Source of the DNA: Vulcanimicrobiota bacterium
GTDB lineage: Bacteria > Vulcanimicrobiota > Vulcanimicrobiia > Vulcanimicrobiales > Vulcanimicrobiaceae
DNA: 64,000 nucleotides
Direction of reading: 5' to 3'
Assembly: GCA_963695225.1 (NCBI GenBank)
Contig: OY968762.1
Span: 1,728,001-1,792,000 of the forward strand
Part shown: piece after piece, positions 57,492 through 64,000 of the stretch
Layout: each line of letters begins with the position of its first letter
Position numbering within the stretch: the stretch's first letter is position 1
Notes under the pieces: generated by a model
Seen by the model: the letters and a program-made list of their open reading frames with translations, nothing else
What the model was told of the DNA's origin: nothing
The model's database searches: none
Translations under genes and position numbers: made by a program

Positions 57492-58100
57492 TCAGTGCCC
57501 AAACATCATCTTCAGCGCGATTGCGCTCGCGAGATAGGGACCGAACGCGATCGGCTCCTTGCGCCGGTTCATGATGAATGCCAGCGCCACGGCGACGAGG
57601 CAGGCCGCCGAGAAAGCCACGTAGGCATCCCAATAGCCGAGCACGCCGCCTCCGAGCGCCGCCAGCTTCACGTCGCCCCAGCCCATCCCGCGCCCCTTCG
57701 AGAGAAACGCGGCGATCGCGAACGGGAAGAAGAGCACGGCTGCCGAGAAGAGCGGCTGCCACGCGTGGAAAACGATCGAATAGAGCAACACGACGCCCAG
57801 CGGAATCAGCGTGAAGTAATCGGGGATGATCCCGCAACGTACGTCGGAATCCCAGGCCGCCGCGAGCCCCGTCGTGACGACCGCGAGCATCCCGATCATC
57901 GGGAGCGGCGTCCCTTGAAAGGCTAGGACGCCGCCGACGGTCGCGGCACCGGCGATCAACAGCAGAACGGGCGGCGTGCCCGGTTTGGGGCCGTCCTCGA
58001 ACGGCACGATCTTCGCGCAGATCAGACGGCTCGCTTCGAGGCCCAAGTACGCGAGGCAGCCGTAGACTACGGCAACGACCGCGATCTGCCAGGGATTCAT
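57492..58100 (-). CDS. A24-family prepilin peptidase (second copy)
   Basis: SDVRCGIIPD and GMGWGDVKL catalytic Asp motifs; AFGPYLA. Confidence 0.88.
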   Translation of the reverse strand: MNPWQIAVVAVVYGCLAYLGLEASRLICAKIVPFEDGPKPGTPPVLLLIAGAATVGGVLAFQGTPLPMIGMLAVVTTGLAAAWDSDVRCGIIPDYFTLIPLGVVLLYSIVFHAWQPLFSAAVLFFPFAIAAFLSKGRGMGWGDVKLAALGGGVLGYWDAYVAFSAACLVAVALAFIMNRRKEPIAFGPYLASAIALKMMFGH

Positions 58101-58101
58101 C

Positions 58102-58989
58102 TTAGTGCGGCCTGCTGAGGTACTCGGCGACGACCGGTCCGAAGATGATCACGAACAGCGCCGGCAACATGAACAGCGCCATCGGGATCACCATCTTGAT
58201 CGGCATCATCGCGGCGATCTCCTCGGCACGCGACATGCGCTTGTTGCGCGACTCGGCCGACAGCTCTTCGAGCACGTGGGAGAGGTCGGAGCCGAGCCGC
58301 TCGGCTTGCACGACCGCCGTCACCGTCGTCGTTAATTCTTGATGCTTGGCGCGAATCGCCATCGATTTGAGAGCCTCGGCGCGGGAACGGCCGAGCCGAA
58401 TCTCGGAGAGAACCGCTCGAATCTCCTCTTTCAAGGGGCCGGTCGTCGCCTCTTCCGCGTAGCCGAGCGCCGCGTTGAACGCAAGGCCGGCCTTCACCGT
58501 CGTCGCGAGCATGTCGAGCAGGTCGGGCAACGCTTTCTGGATCGCGATCTTGCGCTTGGCGATCGCAGCGCGCAGACGCGAGAGCGGGAAATACAGGCCC
58601 ACGATCACGAGCAACCCGATCCCGAGCCACATGATGTAATCCCAGAAATTGAGGTACGTAGCGACCGCGAGCCCCGCCGTGAGGCCGAAGCAGCCGCCGG
58701 AAACCATGCGCGCGGCCATCTTCGCCGGCGTGACCGTGTACCAGCCGGCCTCGAGCAGCTGGTCCTTGAGCGTCGTGCGCTGCTTCTCGTTGAAGATCTT
58801 CTCGAGCGCCTTTTCGCGCGCCGACCCGGAGCCCTGTTCCCACTTCAGGCCCTCGAGCTCTTCGAGACGTTTGGTGACCTCGCTCTTGGACGGGATCAGC
58901 GAGAGCGCGAACAAGAACGCGGAGCCGGCGAACAGGATCGAGATGACCCAAATCACCACCGGGACGTTGGGCAACGAAGCGCTAAACAT
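58102..58989 (-). CDS. tadC: Tad pilus inner-membrane platform protein TadC
   Basis: T2SS F domain: LPDLLDML..AGL, G.SR.EAL, QAERLG, AEE.A..PIKMVIP. Confidence 0.92.
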   Translation of the reverse strand: MFSASLPNVPVVIWVISILFAGSAFLFALSLIPSKSEVTKRLEELEGLKWEQGSGSAREKALEKIFNEKQRTTLKDQLLEAGWYTVTPAKMAARMVSGGCFGLTAGLAVATYLNFWDYIMWLGIGLLVIVGLYFPLSRLRAAIAKRKIAIQKALPDLLDMLATTVKAGLAFNAALGYAEEATTGPLKEEIRAVLSEIRLGRSRAEALKSMAIRAKHQELTTTVTAVVQAERLGSDLSHVLEELSAESRNKRMSRAEEIAAMMPIKMVIPMALFMLPALFVIIFGPVVAEYLSRPH

Positions 58990-59842
58990 CGAACTGCAGA
59001 ATCTTGGAGAGGGAGTAAGCGGCCAGCCCCTCGAGCCCGGCGACGATGCCGAGCGCGATCCAGCCCGGCTGCGTGTGCAGCATCGGTTCCGACATCGACG
59101 GTTGCGTCAGCAGCACGAATCCGCCGACGAGCACGGGGAGGGAACCGATGATCCACGCGCTGCCGCGGCCTTGCGCGGTGAGCGCGCTCATTTTGCGCTG
59201 GATACGGCGGCGGTCGCGGATCGTGTTCGCGAGGCTCTCCAGAACCTTCGCCAAGTCGCCGCCGGTCGTCGATTGAATCCGAATGGATTTCGCCATCATG
59301 TTCATCTCCTGGCTCGGCATAGACGTCGCCAGTTCGTCGAGGGCATCGAGGATGCTCACGCCGATGTTCGTGCGGCCCACGACGCGCATGAACTCACGCC
59401 GCGCCGGGTCCGGCACTTCCTCGGTAACCAGAATGATCGATTGGCGCAGGCCCAAACCGACGCGAAGCGCGCCGGACATTTGGCGCAGCACGAGTTCGAG
59501 CTGTTGCGTGAACGAATTCACGCGCCGCGCCCCCGCGATCTTTAGATAATACGTCCCGAACACGAGCGAGATCGCGAGCGAGAGCGGAAGCATCAGGAGG
59601 CCGATGGTGAGCGTCGTATGGAGCAGCAGCGCGAGCGCGATCCACATCAGGGAGCCCGCTCCGAGCATGATCAGCACGTAGTCCTGCGGCTTGATCTTGA
59701 AATCGGCTCGGGCGATCCCGTCCTCGAAGGACTTTCCCAAGCCCTCGAGCCACCCCGTGAAGCTCCCGCCGAGCGAGAACGCGATGAGCCCGAAGAAGGC
59801 CGATACGCCGAGCAAGATGGCATACGGTGCTGCTGTGGTCAC
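58982..59842 (-). CDS. tadB: Tad pilus inner-membrane platform protein TadB
   Basis: F.QQL....ALRVG, P...EF, IQSTTGGDLA.VL, TIRDR, ALTAQGR.SA. Confidence 0.92.
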   Translation of the reverse strand: MTTAAPYAILLGVSAFFGLIAFSLGGSFTGWLEGLGKSFEDGIARADFKIKPQDYVLIMLGAGSLMWIALALLLHTTLTIGLLMLPLSLAISLVFGTYYLKIAGARRVNSFTQQLELVLRQMSGALRVGLGLRQSIILVTEEVPDPARREFMRVVGRTNIGVSILDALDELATSMPSQEMNMMAKSIRIQSTTGGDLAKVLESLANTIRDRRRIQRKMSALTAQGRGSAWIIGSLPVLVGGFVLLTQPSMSEPMLHTQPGWIALGIVAGLEGLAAYSLSKILQFDV

Positions 59843-61965
59843 CAGAGCGCTCCCGCCGACGACATCTTGGCCAGTTCGCGCACATCAAACGAGACGCCGG
59901 CTTCCTCAAAGCGTTTGATCGCGCTAGGCTGCACGCCCGTGTATTGAAACTCGCCGACGACCTTGTTGTTCAAATCGACGCCGCGTTGATCGAAGCGGAT
60001 GATCTCCTGCATCGTGACGACGTCGCCTTCCATGCCGATCACCTCGCTGATGCTGACGACCTTGCGGCTGCCGTCGCGCAGGCGCGAGATCTGGACGATC
60101 GCGTCGACGGCGCTCGCGACCTGTTCGCGAATCGCCTTGACCGGCAGATCGAAGCCCGCCATCATGACGAGGGTCTCGAGGCGCGCGATCGCGTCGCGCG
60201 GAGAGTTCGCGTGCAAGGTCGTGAGCGAGCCGTCGTGGCCCGTGTTCATCGCTTGCAGCATGTCCAGCGCTTCGCCGCCACGGCACTCGCCGACCACGAT
60301 CCGGTCGGGTCGCATGCGCAACGAGTTCTTGACGAGGTCGCGGATGCGGATCTCGCCGCGCCCTTCCAAATTCGCGGGGCGCGACTCGAGCCGAACGACG
60401 TGCTCCTGGCTCAGTTGAAGTTCCGCCGCGTCCTCGATCGTCACGATACGCTCCCCCTCGGGGATGTATGACGAAAGGATGTTCAGGAACGTCGTCTTAC
60501 CTGAGCCGGTGCCCCCGCTCACGACGATGTTGAGACGCGCCTCGACCATCGCGCGGACGAAATTTACGACGTTCTCGCTGATCGCGCCGAAGCGCACGAG
60601 ATCGGCCATTTGCAGCCGTTTGGTCCCGAAGCGGCGAATCGTCAGCGTCGCGCCGTTGAGCGCCAGCGGCTCGATGATCGCGTTGACGCGGGAGCCGTCG
60701 GGCAGGCGGGCGTCGACCATCGGCGAGGACTCGTCGATACGCCGGCCGAGCGGGGCGATGATACGCTCGATGATGTTGCGCAGTTGACGCGCGTCGACGA
60801 ACTTCTTCGTGCTCAACGTGAGCTTGCCGGCGCGCTCGATGTAGATATGATCCGGCCCGTTGACCATGATTTCGCTGACGGCCGGATCGCGCATCAGGTC
60901 CTCCAGGGGACCGAGGCCTAGGACTTCGTCGATGATTTCCTGGCGCAGCGCGGCGCTCTCTTCGACCGAATTGATGTCCGGCCGCTCGGAGAGCAGCTGG
61001 CCCGTCAGCTCGCCGATCTGGGCGCGCAACTCGTTGAGCTTCTGGCTGTCGGAGTGCGCTTGGCTCGTCGCGACGACGTCGATCTTCTTGGCGAGCGCCG
61101 CGTGAATCTCGGTCTTCAGGCGGTCGCGCGCGCTGAGCGCTCGTTCGATCGCGGGTCCGCCGGAATGCGAACCGTTGGCGGCGCCGTTGCGCTGCGGGCT
61201 CCCATCCGAGGCGCCGTGATCGTCGGACGGCTGGATCATCGTGCGCGGCGCGCGGGATCCGGCGCGCCGGTCTCCGCCCGGCGGCGTCGTCGTCGAGGCA
61301 CGCAGCGAGGTGAGCACGGGCTCGGCCCCGATCGTGCTGAGGCGCTTCGCCAGCGACTCGATGGATCGCCCGAAGTTACGGTCGCTCTTGGGCGGAATTT
61401 CGCCGATCACCGCCGACCCTAGTGCCTTCTCGAGTTCGCGCGCGGAGATCTCGACGCGTCCGCTGCGCACGTTCGTGACGATCGACATGCGAGAGACGGG
61501 AATGCCGAAGCGCGTCATGTCCCCGATCAGCGTGCGTGCGGCTGCGGTTCCCAGCAGGTTCGGTTCGAGCACGATCACGAAGCGGGCGGAACGCGCGACG
61601 AAGGGACGCACCGCGGCGGCGAAGGGCGCGGGAGCGTCCACGAGGATGATGTCGTGATGCCCGAGCGACTCGACAAGCCCTTCCACATCGTCCTGGCGCA
61701 GCATGAACGAGTTGTCCAAGCTGTCCGTCAACTCGACGGCGGTGATTCCGCCGGCACGAACGACGGAGAACGTTCCGCCGGCGCGCGCGTTGTCGAAGTT
61801 CCGAACGATGTCGAGGACGACCGCCATGTTCCGGCGACCCGTCAGGTCGCCGTCGACGACGGCTACCGTGCCCGTCTTCTTCAGCTGTTGCGAAACTTCG
61901 GCCGCAAGAGTCGTCGCTCCCGATCCACCCTTGGCGTTGATCAGGACGATGATCGGCGTGTTCAT
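59839..61965 (-). CDS. cpaF: Fused CpaE/TadZ (MinD-like)-CpaF/TadA pilus assembly ATPase
   Basis: N-terminal deviant Walker A KGGSGATT with VVDGD and ILVDAP; C-terminal [51 protein letters not shown]. Confidence 0.93.
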   Translation of the reverse strand: MNTPIIVLINAKGGSGATTLAAEVSQQLKKTGTVAVVDGDLTGRRNMAVVLDIVRNFDNARAGGTFSVVRAGGITAVELTDSLDNSFMLRQDDVEGLVESLGHHDIILVDAPAPFAAAVRPFVARSARFVIVLEPNLLGTAAARTLIGDMTRFGIPVSRMSIVTNVRSGRVEISARELEKALGSAVIGEIPPKSDRNFGRSIESLAKRLSTIGAEPVLTSLRASTTTPPGGDRRAGSRAPRTMIQPSDDHGASDGSPQRNGAANGSHSGGPAIERALSARDRLKTEIHAALAKKIDVVATSQAHSDSQKLNELRAQIGELTGQLLSERPDINSVEESAALRQEIIDEVLGLGPLEDLMRDPAVSEIMVNGPDHIYIERAGKLTLSTKKFVDARQLRNIIERIIAPLGRRIDESSPMVDARLPDGSRVNAIIEPLALNGATLTIRRFGTKRLQMADLVRFGAISENVVNFVRAMVEARLNIVVSGGTGSGKTTFLNILSSYIPEGERIVTIEDAAELQLSQEHVVRLESRPANLEGRGEIRIRDLVKNSLRMRPDRIVVGECRGGEALDMLQAMNTGHDGSLTTLHANSPRDAIARLETLVMMAGFDLPVKAIREQVASAVDAIVQISRLRDGSRKVVSISEVIGMEGDVVTMQEIIRFDQRGVDLNNKVVGEFQYTGVQPSAIKRFEEAGVSFDVRELAKMSSAGALW

Positions 61966-62777
61966 TGGGCTACTTTGTCGCCGTCGATCACCATCACGCC
62001 GAGCTTGACTGCGGGGGCGGCAGCCGGGTTGGCCGGCGGCGGCACCGCGGCGGGAGCTTGGCGCTGCGGCTGATTCACGGGGAAGTAGAGCGGCTCGACC
62101 GGGAAGTCGCGGATCGGCTCCTTCGGCGAACGCAGCGCGAGGCGCAACGTCGTGTTCAGGTCCGCCATCGCGATGAGGTCGGTCTGTTCCGGCGTCAGCT
62201 CGAGCGTGATCGTTTGATAGTTCTGGTTATCCGGGGAGGGCGTCGCGCCCGCGGTCTCGAGCATGTTCCCGAGTGCGAGGACCGTGACGCCGCGCAGAAT
62301 GGCGTAGCCGCGCGGCTGGGTGTTCCCGTCGCGCGGAGGAACGGCGATCACGTCGACCTTGTCGCCCGCCTGGATCAAGCCCGATACGCTCTTGACCTTG
62401 TCGATCGAGATGCTGACGGCCCGCGTTCCCGGCTTGAGGCGATACGTCAGCGACGTTTCGACCGGGGCGCCGATCTTGTTGGCGGTGATGATCGAGCCGG
62501 CCGGGATCGTGATCAAGGCGAGCTTGCCGTCGATCTGGCGCGGATCGAGGACTGCGTCCGGATCGACTTCGTTAGCCGCGCGAGACGACTGGCGCAGCAT
62601 CTCACGGGTGATCTTCGTGCGGGCCGGGATATCTTGGCCGGCGACGAGGATCGTGCGAGGAGCGACCTGCGGCGCCGCTTTCTCGTGAAGCCCTCCGAGG
62701 TAATTGACCGTCAAGACGCCGGTGCCGAGGGCCACGACGGCCGCGACGATCAGGGTAATGCGACGAGTCTTGTTCAT
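61962..62777 (-). CDS. cpaB: Flp pilus assembly protein CpaB/RcpC
   Basis: TM, SAF domain (VAGQDIPA), G.RAVSI, GLIQAGDKVDVI, V.VLA, TITLELTPEQ, LRLALRS. Confidence 0.93.
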   Translation of the reverse strand: MNKTRRITLIVAAVVALGTGVLTVNYLGGLHEKAAPQVAPRTILVAGQDIPARTKITREMLRQSSRAANEVDPDAVLDPRQIDGKLALITIPAGSIITANKIGAPVETSLTYRLKPGTRAVSISIDKVKSVSGLIQAGDKVDVIAVPPRDGNTQPRGYAILRGVTVLALGNMLETAGATPSPDNQNYQTITLELTPEQTDLIAMADLNTTLRLALRSPKEPIRDFPVEPLYFPVNQPQRQAPAAVPPPANPAAAPAVKLGVMVIDGDKVAQ

Positions 62778-63298
62778 TGAATGAGCCTCAAGGAGGGAGC
62801 GATGCTGTGGGAGAGGGCGACGGCGCACGCGCCGACTGCGATGGCGCATGCGTACGGCAGCGCGGTCGAGCGAGCGGGCGCGACTGCGACCGTTCCGCGA
62901 TACGCGAGGGGCCGGAGCAGCCCGGCGGTATTCCCGAACAATTCACCGAGCCGCCCCCGGAACGCCATGTATGCGACGGCGAGGACGCCCCCGGCGAGCG
63001 AGGTGTAGAGCAGAAACGACAGCACGTCCGGATAGCCGAACGCGGCGCCGGCGGCCGCGGCGAGTTTTACGTCCCCGCCGCCTAGCCAGTGCATCGAGAA
63101 GGCGAACGAGCCGAGGATCAGCACGCCGACGAGGACGGCGACCGCGCTCGCGAATTCGGCGAATCCGTGCAGCGCGTGAAACCCGAGCGCGAGGACGGCG
63201 AGCGTCGCCGAGATCGCATTCGGGATCCGCCGAGTGGAACAATCCGTCCAAACGGCGGCGACGCAGGCTACGAGGACGAGCCAGAGGAGAATGCTCAC
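62774..63298 (-). CDS. cpaA: Flp prepilin peptidase CpaA/TadV
   Basis: TDCSTRRIPN, GGGDVKL, LPYACAI. Confidence 0.92.
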   Translation of the reverse strand: MSILLWLVLVACVAAVWTDCSTRRIPNAISATLAVLALGFHALHGFAEFASAVAVLVGVLILGSFAFSMHWLGGGDVKLAAAAGAAFGYPDVLSFLLYTSLAGGVLAVAYMAFRGRLGELFGNTAGLLRPLAYRGTVAVAPARSTALPYACAIAVGACAVALSHSIAPSLRLIQ

Positions 63299-63468
63299 GT
63301 TAGACTGTTTATCAGCGTAGAGGAGCTGCCGAGGTTGTTGTTCAGCTTATGCCCGAAGAGGGCCATCGCCGCGACTGCGGCCAGAGCTACCAGACTGACG
63401 ACGAGCGAGTACTCCACGAGGCCTTGCCCGCTTTCATCGGTCAGAACGGCATACACTACGGCTAGCAT
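63295..63468 (-). CDS. flp: Flp/Fap pilin (copy 2)
   Basis: MLAVVYAVLTDESG|QGLVEYSLVVSLVALAAVAAMALFG...; stop overlaps the cpaA GTG; not in the ORF track. Confidence 0.9.
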   Translation of the reverse strand: MLAVVYAVLTDESGQGLVEYSLVVSLVALAAVAAMALFGHKLNNNLGSSSTLINSLT

Positions 63469-63490
63469 AAGATCGAACCTCGCAAAGGTG

Positions 63491-63517
63491 ATATCGGCGT
63501 TTCGTTGACGGACTTGA
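63491..63517 (-). promoter_or_regulatory. sigma28 (FliA/SigD)-type promoter upstream of flp2-cpaA-tad
   Basis: Minus strand TCAA-N15-GCCGATAT (TCAAGTCCGTCAACGAAACGCCGATAT). Confidence 0.7.
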
Positions 63518-63543
63518 GCCCGTCGTTAACGGGGAAAACATTT

Positions 63544-63584
63544 GCGCCCGCGCCGAGGCGAATGATCGCCATCGACGCGGGCGC
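63544..63584 (-). terminator. Stem-loop downstream of flp1 (terminator or mRNA-stabilising element)
   Basis: gcgcccgcg/cgcgggcgc outer stem with ggcga/tcgcc inner stem, T run a few nt downstream on the minus strand. Confidence 0.55.
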
Positions 63585-63604
63585 GGACATGCATCGACGA
63601 GCGA

Positions 63605-63769
63605 TTAGGTCAGCGCGTTTCCGGCACTGTTGAGCTTGACGTTCGCGTTCGTACCGATGAGGCGGAGGGCGGCGATCGCGACGACCGAGATGAGCGCGAT
63701 GATGAGCGCGTACTCGACGAGGCCCTGGCCTTCGTCGTCGCGGAGCATGGCGGAGAGATTCTTAAGCAC
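63605..63769 (-). CDS. flp: Flp/Fap pilin (copy 1, probable major pilin)
   Basis: AAGGAG RBS; MLKNLSAMLRDDEG|QGLVEYALIIALISVVAIAALRLIG...; not in the ORF track. Confidence 0.93.
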   Translation of the reverse strand: MLKNLSAMLRDDEGQGLVEYALIIALISVVAIAALRLIGTNANVKLNSAGNALT

Positions 63770-63856
63770 GGGAACTCCTTAAAGCGGTGATACAGAGGGT
63801 GAGTGGGGCCACTAGGACTATCGACGAAAAACGCCGGGGTGTGTAGCTGAGTAGTG

Positions 63857-64000
63857 TTAAGATTCAGCCTTGAGGGCGGCTTCGATCGGCACGCTGACGT
63901 CCGTGTTGGGTGCCTTGAGTACGAGTCTGGGGCTCTTCGCCAGGACCGCGCCCGACGGTGACGTGGCGACCAGTGTCAGATAGGATTCCGCGAAGTAATC
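63857..64000 (-). CDS. 3' end of a hypothetical gene entering from the right edge
   Basis: Open frame DYFAESYLTLVATSPSGAVLAKSPRLVLKAPNTDVSVPIEAALKAES*. Confidence 0.5.
   Translation of the reverse strand, partial: DYFAESYLTLVATSPSGAVLAKSPRLVLKAPNTDVSVPIEAALKAES

Overview
High-GC bacterial chromosomal window with no CRISPR array, rRNA, tRNA or intact mobile element recognised. The organism is a diderm (porin, TonB-dependent receptor, OmpA) that also has Firmicutes/Terrabacteria-like gene blocks (yqeK-rsfS, comEA, comEC) and a bacteriochlorophyll cyclase gene (bchE). This combination suggests, by inference only, Ca. Eremiobacterota/Vulcanimicrobiota. Left to right: clpB (partial); a gyrA-lipoprotein-trxA-standalone SelB C-terminal-domain operon; tsaE-tsaB-rimI-yqeK-rsfS; comEA, leuS, aroG-type DAHP synthase; a ~13 kb putrescine/polyamine uptake and catabolism region (patD, two ABC systems, patA, porin); SDR, epimerase, comEC and a DMFase-like gene; an AT-richer islet (VOC pseudogene, OmpA protein); a cobalamin riboswitch-btuB / carotenoid-oxidoreductase / bchE cluster; LysR and CstR-like regulators; a STAND-SARP regulator; and a Flp/Tad pilus operon with a fused CpaE-CpaF ATPase, two prepilin peptidases and two GT-C-like membrane proteins. 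The most interesting signals are: (1) sigma28-type promoters sharing a CCGTCAACG motif in front of both the Tad operon and the SARP regulator; (2) a free-standing SECIS-binding SelB domain with a SECIS-like hairpin at its own start; (3) patA lacking a canonical start codon; (4) a satellite B12-import/bchE module; (5) an orphaned divergent CstR-type promoter.
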